Assembly (NCBI GenBank): GCA_963665165.1
Contig: OY761989.1
Coordinates: forward strand, 1,519,734-1,583,733
From: Arenicellales bacterium
GTDB lineage: Bacteria; Pseudomonadota; Gammaproteobacteria; Arenicellales; Poriferihabitantaceae
DNA: 64,000 bases
Reading direction: 5' to 3'
In this document: piece after piece, positions 17,510 through 28,173 of the stretch
How the letters are laid out: each line of letters starts with the position of its first letter
Numbering within the stretch: the first letter of the stretch is position 1
Made by a program: the position numbers and the translations under genes
The notes under the pieces: generated by a model
The model's database searches: none
Told to the model about the DNA's origin: nothing
The model's input: only the letters and a program-made list of their open reading frames with translations

Positions 17510-18490
17510 TTATTGGTTGTTTCTGTGATTTTCAATATTTTTCAAATGTGCGATTCGGTTTTGTGCTTCGATGAATATACGGGCAATTTCAGGATGTTTT
17601 TTCTTGATCTGGATCTCCAGTTGTGTGATGGTTTTCTCCACTTCACCCGCACTGATATAGTCGTAGTCGTGAAAGTCCAGACTGATGTTCAAAAGGACAT
17701 CTTCCGGTCCCATGTGCATGGTCAGGATTTCATTGATACTCAGAATCTCCGGTTTCCTGCTCACAATTTCCTGAATACTGGAAATTACTTCACGACTGGC
17801 CGCTTCACCAATCAGTAACCCCTTGGTTTCGTACGCCAGCAGCATGGCCGTGAAACTCAGGATCAGTCCAATCACGATGGATGCCAATGCGTCATAGACC
17901 GGATCGCCTGTCCATTGGGTCAGCAACAGGCCGCCAAAAGCGGCTATCAGGCCCAGCATTGCGGCGCTGTCTTCAAACAGCACAGTGAAAACCGTTGGGT
18001 CCTTGCTGACCTGCATGGCTTTCAGGTATCCAAGCTTGCCTTTCCTCTTGCGAAATTCCCTGAATGCGACAAGCCACGTAAATCCTTCGAATACCATGGC
18101 AAATCCCAGAACTATATAATTGATATATATATGTTTTACTTCCTTTGGATGATTGAACTTACTGAACCCTTCATACAGTGAAACCCCGGCTCCAATTGCA
18201 AAAATCAGGATTGCGACCACGAAGGTCCAGAAATACAATTCCATTCCGTATCCGAACGGATGACGTTCGTCGGCAGGTCGGGATGACCTCCTGATCCCCC
18301 AGAGCAGCAAGCCCTGGTTGCCCGTATCGACAATGGAATGCACGGCTTCGCTCAACATGGCGGAGCTGCCGGTAATCGCGGAAGCGAACATTTTGGTAAT
18401 GGCGATCAAACCATTACCGATGATGGCCGCTATGACCACCCATCTTGAGCTGGACTTGGGTTTCAACGCCTGGATTGCATCTGGATGCAA
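17510..18490 (-). CDS. Cation diffusion facilitator family transporter
   Basis: Six TM segments followed by a cytoplasmic domain, with a HSIVDTGNQ-type metal site. Confidence 0.8.
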   Translation of the reverse strand: MHPDAIQALKPKSSSRWVVIAAIIGNGLIAITKMFASAITGSSAMLSEAVHSIVDTGNQGLLLWGIRRSSRPADERHPFGYGMELYFWTFVVAILIFAIGAGVSLYEGFSKFNHPKEVKHIYINYIVLGFAMVFEGFTWLVAFREFRKRKGKLGYLKAMQVSKDPTVFTVLFEDSAAMLGLIAAFGGLLLTQWTGDPVYDALASIVIGLILSFTAMLLAYETKGLLIGEAASREVISSIQEIVSRKPEILSINEILTMHMGPEDVLLNISLDFHDYDYISAGEVEKTITQLEIQIKKKHPEIARIFIEAQNRIAHLKNIENHRNNQ

Positions 18491-18567
18491 CGCTTCCCTA
18501 CTGCAGTCACTGCGGTATTCGGGATGGTGCGGTGTTTCATGTGGCGGACTTTCGGTTTGCGGTTGGA

Positions 18568-19275
18568 TCAGATTCCAAGATAAGCCTTTTTAACGTGTTC
18601 ATTATCCGAGAGAAAGGAGGCCGACCCTTCCAGGGAAATTTTACCCATTTCGAGCACATAACCATAATCTGCCAGTTTAAGGGCGAGGTCGGCGTTTTGC
18701 TCCACCAGTATTACGGTCACGCCCTGTTGATTGATTTCTCTCAGGAATTCCCCGATTTCCTGAACGACAATGGGCGCAAGCCCCAGTGATGGTTCATCCA
18801 GCAACAAAACCCGGGGCCTTGACATCAGCGCGCGACCAATAGACAACATTTGCTGTTCACCCCCGCTCAAGGTGCGGGCATGCTGGTTTTGACGTTCAAC
18901 CAGTCGGGGAAAACGGGAAAATACTTTTTCCAGTTCCTTGTTGATTGCGGATTTGTCCTGATGAATATAAGCGCCCAGAATCAGGTTTTCAAGGACACTC
19001 AAATCCTTGAAAATACGGCGCCCCTCCGGAACATGGGCGACTCCCCTTCGTACAATCGTATCCACTCCCATCCGTTCAATCCGTTCGTCGTTCAGTCTGA
19101 TCGTCCCGTTGTCCGGTTTGACGAGGCCGGATATGGCTCTTAGTATGGTGCTTTTCCCGGCGCCATTAGACCCGATCAAAGTGGCAAATGCGCCATCATC
19201 GACTTCAAAACCAATACCTTTGAGCGCGGCTACATTGTTGTATTTGACCTCCAGGTCTTGTATGGACAATTTCAT
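18568..19275 (-). CDS. livF: HAAT-family (branched-chain amino acid type) ABC transporter ATP-binding protein
   Basis: GSNGAGKST, LSGGEQQML and LLLDEP. Confidence 0.85.
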   Translation of the reverse strand: MKLSIQDLEVKYNNVAALKGIGFEVDDGAFATLIGSNGAGKSTILRAISGLVKPDNGTIRLNDERIERMGVDTIVRRGVAHVPEGRRIFKDLSVLENLILGAYIHQDKSAINKELEKVFSRFPRLVERQNQHARTLSGGEQQMLSIGRALMSRPRVLLLDEPSLGLAPIVVQEIGEFLREINQQGVTVILVEQNADLALKLADYGYVLEMGKISLEGSASFLSDNEHVKKAYLGI

Positions 19276-19281
19276 CCAGAC

Positions 19282-20034
19282 TCACCCGCTTCCAAGATAA
19301 GCGCTGACCACATCGGGGTTGCTTCTTACCTGATCCGGTGTTCCCTGGGCCAGCAATGAGCCAAAGTTCAATACGGTAAGTTGGTCGCACAGCCCCATAA
19401 CGGCTTTCATGTCATGTTCAACCAATATGATGGTAACACCGGATTCACGTACCTTTCGGGTCAGCTCCATCATACGGCTGGTTTCTTCCGGATTCATCCC
19501 GGCAAAGGGTTCATCCAGCAGCAGCAGTCGGGGTTTCGACACCAGTGCGATGGCGACCGCCAGAGTACGCTGGGAACCGAACGGCAGTTCGGACGCCAGT
19601 TGATGTTTGCGCTCGGCAAGCCCCATGAAATCAAGCATCTGCATGGCGGATCGGGCAGCCTCGTTGCGCTGGTCCCGATCAAGCCCCAGTATGGCTGAAA
19701 CAACGTTGATCTTCATACTATTATGGGTGCCGATCAGAACATTGTCAAAAACACTGAGTTCCTGAAACAGGGTGGCCTCCTGAAAAGTACGCACCACTCC
19801 CAATTTTGAAATATCCGAAGGCTTGCGCCCCTTGACGCTGACCCCGTTGAACAGGATATCCCCGTCGGTCGGGACAAGAAATCCGGAAATATTCTTGAAC
19901 AGGGTGCTTTTGCCGGCTCCATTAGGTCCGATAAGGCCATGTATGTGGTTTGCCTCCACCGTGAAGCTGACCTTGTTCAACGCGGTCAGGCCGCCAAACT
20001 TCTTGGTCAGGTTTCTGATCTCGAGAATCGGCAT
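19282..20034 (-). CDS. livG: HAAT-family ABC transporter ATP-binding protein
   Basis: GPNGAGKSTLF, a signature region and LLLDEPFAGM. Confidence 0.85.
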   Translation of the reverse strand: MPILEIRNLTKKFGGLTALNKVSFTVEANHIHGLIGPNGAGKSTLFKNISGFLVPTDGDILFNGVSVKGRKPSDISKLGVVRTFQEATLFQELSVFDNVLIGTHNSMKINVVSAILGLDRDQRNEAARSAMQMLDFMGLAERKHQLASELPFGSQRTLAVAIALVSKPRLLLLDEPFAGMNPEETSRMMELTRKVRESGVTIILVEHDMKAVMGLCDQLTVLNFGSLLAQGTPDQVRSNPDVVSAYLGSG

Positions 20035-21002
20035 CAGGATCTTCCGAATTGTCGATTCCCCTGTCTGAAAATGCTCCTGGCTTTTTGCGGCAGGCTTTCC
20101 AGTCCGGCAGGCAGAAACAGGATGGAGGCAATCAGCAATCCACCATATATAGCCGGCCGGAGTTTATCGAATTCCCTGAACGCTTCATCCAGAACGGATA
20201 GCACAACGGCTCCCAGAATGACGCCGTAAAATGTCCTGTACCCGCCCACGATCACCCAGATCAGGATAAATACCATGAATCCGATATCGAACTGCTTGGG
20301 CGATACCGTACCGATATAGTGGACCTTGAGCGCCCCGGCGATGCCGACGAACAATGATCCGATGATAAAGGCCAGGGAGCGGTAGTTCCAGGTATTGACA
20401 CCCACTGATTCTGCCAGAGGAGCTTTCCAGTGAACGGCGTTCAGGGTCAGGCCGATTCGGGAAATTTCGATGCGGTACAGCACCAACAGGCACAGGGAGA
20501 CGATAATCAACGTCAGGTAAAAATACGGAATGGGTTCCAGGAAATCGATGTTCATCAGTTCCGGTGATGGAACGCCGCTGATTCCCCCGGTTCCGCCAAA
20601 GGGTTTGATGAAGTGGATCCAGCATAGACGAATGGCCTCTCCGGCGGCAAACGAACCGATCAGGAAGTAGAACTGGGTCATCCGGAACAGGGGAAAACAC
20701 AGGAGCGCGGCAATTATGGCGGCGGAGACGCCCGCGATCGGCATGCCAAGCCAGACCGAAAGCCCCAGGTTTTTGGTTACAAGAGCGCTGGAATAGGCGC
20801 CGACCCCCATCATCACGGCATGAATCAGGGACCATTCCCCGGTCAGGGTAACCAGTCGATAACTGACTACGACCAGAACATTGATCACCAGAAAAATCAG
20901 GAAATCCTGATGATGGTATTTCAGGAAATGCGGCAGGATAGCCAGAATGACCAGTATTCCGGCAACCACTCCCCATGATTTGATGAAGCGGGTGGCGGTC
21001 AT
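20034..21002 (-). CDS. livM: HAAT-family ABC transporter permease
   Basis: 322-aa polytopic protein positioned between the LivH-like and LivG-like genes. Confidence 0.8.
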   Translation of the reverse strand: MTATRFIKSWGVVAGILVILAILPHFLKYHHQDFLIFLVINVLVVVSYRLVTLTGEWSLIHAVMMGVGAYSSALVTKNLGLSVWLGMPIAGVSAAIIAALLCFPLFRMTQFYFLIGSFAAGEAIRLCWIHFIKPFGGTGGISGVPSPELMNIDFLEPIPYFYLTLIIVSLCLLVLYRIEISRIGLTLNAVHWKAPLAESVGVNTWNYRSLAFIIGSLFVGIAGALKVHYIGTVSPKQFDIGFMVFILIWVIVGGYRTFYGVILGAVVLSVLDEAFREFDKLRPAIYGGLLIASILFLPAGLESLPQKARSIFRQGNRQFGRS

Positions 21003-21003
21003 G

Positions 21004-21891
21004 CTATTCGCTTACCCTCCGGCCCATGATCCCCGAAGGTCGGATAATCAGCATCAATACCATGATGAGCAGGCCGGAGATTGTGGCGATGGTGCCACTG
21101 AAGTAAGTGGTAACCAGGGTATGGAACGACGCGTAAAGCAAGGAGGCGATGACCGCGCCCGACAAGCTACCGACCCCGCCCACGATGGTGACGATGAACG
21201 CGGTGATAATGATATTGTGACCCATGTGAGGATTGATATTGGTCAACGGCGCCATCAGGGCGCCTGCCAGTCCCGCCATAGCCGCGCCGATGCCAATCGC
21301 AATCATTGAAATCCGGTTACTGTTGATACCTTGCAGTTCGGCGGCTTCCCGATCCTCGGAGACAGCGCGCAGGGACCAGCCCAGTTTCGACCGTGTCAGG
21401 AAATACCAGAGCAGGGCCAGCGCGATTACAGAGATGGCGATACTGAACACACGCTGGTTCGGAATGTGCAGGAAACCGAAAAGGGTCATGGTGCCTTCAA
21501 AGGGGGGAGGCACTTGTTTCGATGGCCCGTCGCCACCCACCAGAGTCGCGATCACCTGGAGCGCGAACAGCACTCCGATCGAACAGATCAGCCCGGCCAG
21601 CGGGTCTTCACGCGTCGGACGAAACAGGAACCGCTCCATGAGCAGACCGATAGCCGACACCAGAATGATGGCGATAACAATAGTCAGCAGGAACGGGACA
21701 TTGTTCTGGGCATGCAGCAGCCAAACGGTGTAGGCTCCGACCATGACCAATTCACCATGGGCGAAATTAACCACGCCCATCACACCGAAAATCAAAACGA
21801 GTCCAACCGCTGCCAGCGCGAAAAAACCGCTTTGGATAACGCCGTAAACGATGGACTGCACCAGCAGTTCCAAATTACAACTCCATGTCAC
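21004..21891 (-). CDS. livH: HAAT-family ABC transporter permease
   Basis: 295-aa polytopic protein with VNFAHGE near the N-terminus. Confidence 0.8.
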   Translation of the reverse strand: MTWSCNLELLVQSIVYGVIQSGFFALAAVGLVLIFGVMGVVNFAHGELVMVGAYTVWLLHAQNNVPFLLTIVIAIILVSAIGLLMERFLFRPTREDPLAGLICSIGVLFALQVIATLVGGDGPSKQVPPPFEGTMTLFGFLHIPNQRVFSIAISVIALALLWYFLTRSKLGWSLRAVSEDREAAELQGINSNRISMIAIGIGAAMAGLAGALMAPLTNINPHMGHNIIITAFIVTIVGGVGSLSGAVIASLLYASFHTLVTTYFSGTIATISGLLIMVLMLIIRPSGIMGRRVSE

Positions 21892-21937
21892 GGGGAGAGG
21901 TTTGCCGCCCCTCCCCTTCTACAGATCTTTGCAAAGT

Positions 21938-23224
21938 TCAGACAGTACGCAACCCGAGCGCTTTCATGTGCTTGATCAGCACATCCTTGTTGTTTGCGAG
22001 CCAAGCGGCTACATCGCCATATTCCTGGATGCGCGCCTTGCCATCAACGATTCTCACCACCGGCCAGCGTCCGACCAGGGCATTGTCAAGTCCCCATAAC
22101 TGGCTGCCCCACCAGTCACCGCCGCCAAATACGAAATCCTGTTTCTGTCCGAGCATGGTTGCAGCGACCGCTTCGGTTTCAACACTGCCGGCAGCCTTCG
22201 CGGCTTCAAGCCAGTTAAGCAGGATTGCAGGATATTCCCAGGCGACTGCAGACCAGTCGTTCGGATGGTCTTTTCTGAATGCGGCGTCAAATCCTGCCGG
22301 ATCCGGGAAGTTCACCCCTGCTTCCTGCAATTTCGGGTCATCAAAATCCGGAAACTGGTAGATCGTGCCATTAACGAATTCTTCACTTGTCTTTGCGATA
22401 ATTTCCTCATAGTAATCCAGCGTGCAGGATATGATCAATCCATCATATCCCTGATGGAACAACTGCTCCATGATCGGCGTAACATAGAAGCTGGTCGCCA
22501 TACAGACGATGTCCGGCTTCTTGGCAAGCAGGGAACCGACAACAGGCGCAAAGTCGGTGATGTCGAATCCGTGCAGGGTGGTGTCGATCACCTCAATACC
22601 GGCCACCTCGAAAGCGGCGCTGTAGGTTGCGGCGGACTGCAGGCCGTATTCGACATCGTTGTTGGTGATGATTGCGGCCGTCTTCGCTTCCGGGTAGTTC
22701 TTCGCCAGCCATTCAACCCCGGTCACGTTATACAGCGGGTGGGATTCGCAGGTCGCCACCAGATATTTTGAATCCGGAGTAATATCACTGGGCAGGAGGG
22801 TTGTGGTCAGTACTTTTTTGCGCGTTGCCCATGGCAACACGGCCGCGACCGTGGACCCGCCCAGCATCATCACCATTTTGGCGTCATCTTCATTGACCAG
22901 TTTCTTGAATCCCTGCACGGCTTTTTCAGTGTCGTAGCCGTGGTCATAGGATGCAATGCTGATATCCCAGGTTTCGCCGCCAATGGTGACGCCGCCCGAA
23001 GAATTGATGTTATTGGCGATAATTTCGCAACCGTACAATCCAGGCAGCCCCCATGGCGCATAATCGCCCGTCATCGGGATGTTCATGCCTACGGTCAGGG
23101 TTTTGTTCTGTGCAAAAGCGCGAGCGGGAAGGAGGCTTGCGGTGGTTACAGTCGCGGCGCCAGCTATTGCGTGTTTTAGAAATTTTCTCCGATTGGTAAG
23201 TTGTGTTTTAGTTGTCATAGTCAA
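21938..23224 (-). CDS. Periplasmic substrate-binding protein (LivK/amide/urea-type) with a twin-arginine signal peptide
   Basis: The N-terminus TNRRKFLKHAIAGAATVTTASLLPARAFA matches the Tat consensus (S/T)RRxFLK followed by an AxA cleavage site. It is the first gene of the liv-type operon. The ligand cannot be assigned from sequence alone. Confidence 0.75.
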   Translation of the reverse strand: MTMTTKTQLTNRRKFLKHAIAGAATVTTASLLPARAFAQNKTLTVGMNIPMTGDYAPWGLPGLYGCEIIANNINSSGGVTIGGETWDISIASYDHGYDTEKAVQGFKKLVNEDDAKMVMMLGGSTVAAVLPWATRKKVLTTTLLPSDITPDSKYLVATCESHPLYNVTGVEWLAKNYPEAKTAAIITNNDVEYGLQSAATYSAAFEVAGIEVIDTTLHGFDITDFAPVVGSLLAKKPDIVCMATSFYVTPIMEQLFHQGYDGLIISCTLDYYEEIIAKTSEEFVNGTIYQFPDFDDPKLQEAGVNFPDPAGFDAAFRKDHPNDWSAVAWEYPAILLNWLEAAKAAGSVETEAVAATMLGQKQDFVFGGGDWWGSQLWGLDNALVGRWPVVRIVDGKARIQEYGDVAAWLANNKDVLIKHMKALGLRTV

Positions 23225-23351
23225 ATTTCCTCATCAGGTTTTGAATCAAGGAACGTTCATTGAGATAAACCGGTTCAGTTTCCCGGCAGAATACAGCCTC
23301 CTGTCGACATGGTCACCTTACTCAATCCTGAATAATACGCCACAGGTATAT

Positions 23352-24641
23352 TCAAGTCCACCCTGTTTGCCGGAAAACCTGGTCCGCACAGTGGATTGTG
23401 CGGTCAATCAGTTCTTCAGTATGCGCGCAAGAGACGAATCCCGCTTCAAATGCGGAAGGGGCAAAATAGATGCCCGATTCCAGCATTGCATGGAAAAATT
23501 GATTGAACTGCGCCTGATTGCAAGCCATTACATCCTGGAAACAGTCGACAGATTGCCGATCCGTGAAAAACAGTCCAAACATGCCGCCGACCTGGTTGAT
23601 CGCCATTTTTATTCCATGACGTTCAGCCGAGTCCGACAGGCCATTCACCAACCGCCCGGTTTTCCCTGAGAGATCTTCGAAGAATCCATCCACGCAGACT
23701 TTTGCAAGTGTCGCCAGACCGGCAGCCATCGCTATCGGGTTGCCGGAAAGAGTACCCGCCTGATAGACCGGGCCATCCGGAGCCAGACAGGCCATAATGT
23801 CTTCCCTGCCCCCGAATGCGCCTACCGGCAATCCCCCGCCAATGACCTTTCCCAGGGTTGTCAGGTCGCCCCGGACGCCATACAACCCTTGCGCCCCTCC
23901 AGGGCCCACCCGAAACCCCGTCATCACCTCATCCATGATCAATACGCTTTCATGCCGGTCGCAGATGTCGCGCAATCCCTGGAGAAACCCTTCCACGGGA
24001 GGTACGCAGTTCATGTTGCCGGCAACCGGTTCAAGAATGACCGCCGCAATCCGGTCGCCAACCTGTTCAAAGATCGAGTTGACCGAATCAGGATCATTGT
24101 AAGCCGCGGTCAAGGTATGCTCAGCCATCGCGGCCGGTACTCCCGGAGAGGTGGGGACCCCGAAAGTCAAAGCTCCGGATCCGGCTTTTACCAGCAGACT
24201 GTCGGCGTGGCCATGGTAACAGCCCTCGAATTTGAGTATCTTGTCACGTCCGGTAAAACCTCGCGCCAGACGAATTGCGGACATGGTCGCTTCAGTGCCT
24301 GAATTGACCATTCTCAGTTTGTCAATCCACGGCATCTGCCTGCAAATCAACTTCGCGATTTCGGTTTCAAGTATCGTAGGCGCCCCAAAACTCAAGCCCG
24401 AATCACACTGATTTTTAACCGCGTCGATTACCTGTGGGTCCGCGTGACCCAGGATCATCGGTCCCCATGACCCCACATAATCAATATATTCCCGGCCATC
24501 CTCCGCATAAACCATTGCACCCTTTGCATGCCGGATGAATACCGGGTCTCCACCAACAGACTTGAAAGCCCTGACCGGAGAGTTGACCCCTCCGGGTATG
24601 AATTTTCCGGCATCGGAAAAAAGCGATGAATGAGTTGTCAT
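23352..24641 (-). CDS. hemL: Glutamate-1-semialdehyde 2,1-aminomutase
   Basis: [22 protein letters not shown] at the N-terminus, with class-III aminotransferase layout. Confidence 0.92.
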   Translation of the reverse strand: MTTHSSLFSDAGKFIPGGVNSPVRAFKSVGGDPVFIRHAKGAMVYAEDGREYIDYVGSWGPMILGHADPQVIDAVKNQCDSGLSFGAPTILETEIAKLICRQMPWIDKLRMVNSGTEATMSAIRLARGFTGRDKILKFEGCYHGHADSLLVKAGSGALTFGVPTSPGVPAAMAEHTLTAAYNDPDSVNSIFEQVGDRIAAVILEPVAGNMNCVPPVEGFLQGLRDICDRHESVLIMDEVMTGFRVGPGGAQGLYGVRGDLTTLGKVIGGGLPVGAFGGREDIMACLAPDGPVYQAGTLSGNPIAMAAGLATLAKVCVDGFFEDLSGKTGRLVNGLSDSAERHGIKMAINQVGGMFGLFFTDRQSVDCFQDVMACNQAQFNQFFHAMLESGIYFAPSAFEAGFVSCAHTEELIDRTIHCADQVFRQTGWT

Positions 24642-24682
24642 TTGTTCAAACCCCCCAAAAACCTGTTTACATGTGCATCACA

Positions 24683-24713
24683 AAGAAAAAGGACGCTCTG
24701 AAGGAGCGCCCTT
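24683..24713 (-). terminator. Rho-independent terminator downstream of rpmE
   Basis: The minus strand reads GGGCGCTC-CTTCA-GAGCGTCC (8-bp stem with one G-U pair) followed by TTTTTCTTT, about 45 nt after the rpmE stop. Confidence 0.75.
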
Positions 24714-24756
24714 TGTCGTTCATCGCGAACATCGGAACCGGCAATCAATCATCCGG

Positions 24757-24960
24757 TCATGTTCGCTGGTATCTGTTCTGGAACTTGCTTACACGACCGG
24801 CGGTATCGATAATTTTCTGCTTGCCGGTATAAAACGGGTGGCATTCAGAGCAGATTTCCACATGGATATCCCGCCCCATCGTGGACTGGGTCTCAAAGTT
24901 GTTGCCACACGCACAAACCACCTTTATATCAGCGTATTGGGGATGTATTTCAGGTTTCAT
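24757..24960 (-). CDS. rpmE: 50S ribosomal protein L31
   Basis: MKPEIHPQY...[13 protein letters not shown]. Confidence 0.95.
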   Translation of the reverse strand: MKPEIHPQYADIKVVCACGNNFETQSTMGRDIHVEICSECHPFYTGKQKIIDTAGRVSKFQNRYQRT

Positions 24961-25094
24961 GATGATTTTCAGTGTTTTCTTGTATCGAGGCTATCGGTCC
25001 GGTCAACCGGAATCGAACCGGGCGGCGATAATATGAGAATTGAGTGGTTAATTCAAGTTTTATACTCGCTTTCGTTCAATTCCGTTACCAGCGC

Positions 25095-26357
25095 CTAGCG
25101 ATTCATTGATTTTATGAACTCTTCGTTGGTTTTGGTGATTTTCATTTTATCGATCAAAAACTCCATCGCCTGCAAATCGTCCATCGGGTGAATGAGTTTT
25201 CTCAGCAACCAGATTTTCTGGAGCTCGAGCGGGTCGGTCAACAATTCCTCTCTTCTTGTACTGGAACGATTGATCACCATGGCCGGATAAACCCGTTTTT
25301 CCGCGATTCTGCGATCCAGGTGAATTTCCATATTGCCGGTACCCTTGAACTCTTCGTAAATGATGTCATCCATTTTCGATCCGGTATCGATCAGCGCCGT
25401 GGCCAGAATGGTCAGACTGCCTCCTTCTTCAATATTACGGGCCGCCCCGAAAAACCGCTTCGGCCTCTGTAACGCATTGGAGTCGACACCGCCAGTCAGG
25501 ACCTTGCCCGATGCCGGGGCGACTGTATTATAGGCCCGTGCCAGCCGGGTAATGGAATCAAGCAGAATAACGACATCCTTTTTGTGTTCAACCAGCCGTT
25601 TGGCTTTCTCGATCACCATTTCCGCCACCTGAACATGGCGTGACGCGGGTTCATCGAATGTAGACGAAACCACCTCGCCGCGCACGGTACGCTGCATATC
25701 GGTAACTTCTTCCGGACGCTCATCAATCAACAGCACCATTACCACGATTTCCGGATTGACCGTTGCGATTGACTGGGCAATTTGCTGCAGCATCACCGTC
25801 TTCCCGGTTTTCGGGGCAGATACGATCAACCCCCTTTGCCCTTTGCCGATCGGCGCAATCAAATCAATAATACGTCCCGTCAAGTCTTCCGCAGACCCGT
25901 TGCGGCGCTCAAGGCGCATCCTTTCGTCGGGATGGATCGGAGTGAGGTTTTCGAAAAGAATCTTCTTCCTGGCGTCTTCCGGCGATTGAAAATTGATCTC
26001 CTCGACTTTCAGCAGCGCGAAGTAGCGCTCGGAATCCTTGGGCGGGCGGATCTGTCCGGCCACCGTGTCGCCGGTTCGCAGGCTGAATCTTCTTATCTGG
26101 CTTGGAGACATATAAATGTCATCCGGACCAGCCAGGTAGGAGGAGGTGGCGGATCTCAGGAATCCGAATCCATCCTGCAGGATTTCCACCACTCCTTCAC
26201 CGACTATTCTTTGACCCTGTTTGGCCTGAGCTTTGAGGATTGCGAATATCTGGTCCTGTTTGCGCATTCGACCGATGTTGTCGAGATTGAGGGAACGGGC
26301 AAGTTCGGCAAGTTCTGTGGGAGTTTTTAACTTTAAGTCGCGAATGTTAATAGGCAT
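25095..26357 (-). CDS. rho: Transcription termination factor Rho
   Basis: Contains the APKTGKT Walker A, an RNA-binding domain and a length of 420 aa from the ATG at 26357 ([19 protein letters not shown]). The ORF-track start at 26384 adds 9 aa and is the alternative. Confidence 0.93.
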   Translation of the reverse strand: MPINIRDLKLKTPTELAELARSLNLDNIGRMRKQDQIFAILKAQAKQGQRIVGEGVVEILQDGFGFLRSATSSYLAGPDDIYMSPSQIRRFSLRTGDTVAGQIRPPKDSERYFALLKVEEINFQSPEDARKKILFENLTPIHPDERMRLERRNGSAEDLTGRIIDLIAPIGKGQRGLIVSAPKTGKTVMLQQIAQSIATVNPEIVVMVLLIDERPEEVTDMQRTVRGEVVSSTFDEPASRHVQVAEMVIEKAKRLVEHKKDVVILLDSITRLARAYNTVAPASGKVLTGGVDSNALQRPKRFFGAARNIEEGGSLTILATALIDTGSKMDDIIYEEFKGTGNMEIHLDRRIAEKRVYPAMVINRSSTRREELLTDPLELQKIWLLRKLIHPMDDLQAMEFLIDKMKITKTNEEFIKSMNR

Positions 26358-26678
26358 GAAAGGAAAGTGTAATATGGTGGTCATTGCGCGCCCGGCAACC
26401 GGAATTCATCACTGAATCAATCGGGCGAGTATCAAGGGAGTAACTGTCATTCGAGATGCAGTCTGAACGACTGCATCGCAATCCAGTGCGTAATCATATA
26501 GAGCTTCGACAAAGATGTCCAGCCTGTGTAAAGGTCCATGTGCGATGCGTTGATATTTGCATGACGCTCCTCCAGAGGGAGCGCTATCGGTTTCTGAACC
26601 AGCACAATCAAATAATCGAATAAATATTGACCTGATTCGCTGTAAAACAGCTATTAATCACACTAAAATCCGGATATT

Positions 26679-28130
26679 GTGGCTGAATACCTATTTCAAC
26701 TTTCATCCGACAGAAAAGGGACCTTGCGGTCCCAGATCCAGGAAATGATGGTCAATTCCATTCTGGGGGGGCATCTGGCGCTGGATTCACCGCTGCCCTC
26801 GACCAGAAAGCTGGCTCGTCAATTATCCGTTGCGCGCAATACGGTTGTCCACGCCTACCAGCATCTGGTCGATGAAGGATTCCTGATTTCAAAGGAAAGA
26901 AGCGGATTTTACGTAAATACCGAAATACTGAAAGGCCGGATCAATGCGCCCAAACAATCCCGGCTCTTTGACAGCACGCTGGACTGGAGCAAAAAACTAA
27001 CCGTTGAACCGGGCATTTTCCGGCAAAACCTGAAGCCGCTCAACTGGAATCAATATCCGTATCCGTTTATTTGCGGTCAATATGACCGGAATATCTTCCC
27101 GATCGCCGACTGGAGAGAATGCGCCAGGGAAGCCATGACCGTCAACGCGATTCACAATTGGGCAAAGGACCTGATTGACCAGGATCATCCCGAATTGATT
27201 GACCAGATTCATAAGAAAATACTTCCCAGACGCGGTGTGTGGGCGGACGAAGACGAAATACTGGTGACAGTAGGCGCCCAGCAGGGGCTGTATATCACTG
27301 CGCAACTTCTGCTCAACCCGGACAGGACCATCGGCTTCGAGAATCCGGGTTATGTGGACGCGGAAAATACGTTTGCTGTTTTCACTCCGAATATTCAGCC
27401 CCTCGGCGTCGATAATTCCGGATTGATTCCGGACGAACGATTCGCGCAATGCCATTGCATTTACACCACTCCAAGCCATCATTACCCGACTACGGTGACG
27501 ATGCCAAGGGAACGGCGTAATGAATTGATGGAGCAGGCCCACCGGCATGACGTCGTCATTATCGAGGATGATTATGAATCGGAATTCAATTACATCGGCG
27601 ATCCCACCCGTGCATTGAAGAGCCTGGACAACGATGGCCGGGTGATCTATATCGGGAGTTTGTCGAAAACGCTGGCGCCCGGCATTCGTCTGGGTTATCT
27701 GGTCGCGCCGCGTAAATTCATTCAGGAGGCCCGTGCGCTGCGCAGATTGATGCTGCGCCACCCGCCGGGCAATAACCAGTTCATCATTGCCGAATTCCTG
27801 AAACGCGGGTACCACGACGCATTAATCACAAAACTCAGTCAGACACTGCATGAGCGCTGGTCCTTGCTGGGAGATTTGCTGGAACGGCATTTCCCCGGGA
27901 ACAGCCCCTCCACTTTTGGCGGTTCTGCGTTCTGGGTGGAAGGCCCGGACAACCTGGATGCCAGACAACTGGCGCAAAAGGCTGCTCAATCCGGTATCCT
28001 GTTCGAAGCGGGCGAAGTTTTTTTTCACCAGCCCGACCCTCCCAGGAATTTTTTCAGACTCGGTTTTTCTTCCATCAAAACATCCCGAATCCAGCAGGGC
28101 CTGAAAAAACTGGTCAGCCTGATTGATTGA
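26679..28130 (+). CDS. MocR/PdxR-type regulator (GntR HTH fused to an aminotransferase-like domain)
   Basis: An N-terminal PSTRKLARQLSVARNTVVHAYQHLVDEGF winged helix precedes a fold-type-I aminotransferase domain (SLSKTLAPGIRLGY). The start codon is GTG. Confidence 0.85.
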   Translation: MAEYLFQLSSDRKGTLRSQIQEMMVNSILGGHLALDSPLPSTRKLARQLSVARNTVVHAYQHLVDEGFLISKERSGFYVNTEILKGRINAPKQSRLFDSTLDWSKKLTVEPGIFRQNLKPLNWNQYPYPFICGQYDRNIFPIADWRECAREAMTVNAIHNWAKDLIDQDHPELIDQIHKKILPRRGVWADEDEILVTVGAQQGLYITAQLLLNPDRTIGFENPGYVDAENTFAVFTPNIQPLGVDNSGLIPDERFAQCHCIYTTPSHHYPTTVTMPRERRNELMEQAHRHDVVIIEDDYESEFNYIGDPTRALKSLDNDGRVIYIGSLSKTLAPGIRLGYLVAPRKFIQEARALRRLMLRHPPGNNQFIIAEFLKRGYHDALITKLSQTLHERWSLLGDLLERHFPGNSPSTFGGSAFWVEGPDNLDARQLAQKAAQSGILFEAGEVFFHQPDPPRNFFRLGFSSIKTSRIQQGLKKLVSLID

Positions 28131-28173
28131 TGCGGGGTCTGGTTGCAGGCCGGCACGCTGACCGGCCCCTACT

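Noticed and set aside
25007-25022. On the minus strand the sequence reads CCCGGTTCGATTCCGG, a tRNA T-arm-like motif between rho and rpmE.
   Set aside because: I could not build an acceptor stem, D-arm or anticodon arm around it, and there is no CCA context. It is probably just a small hairpin, or at most a tRNA-fragment relic.
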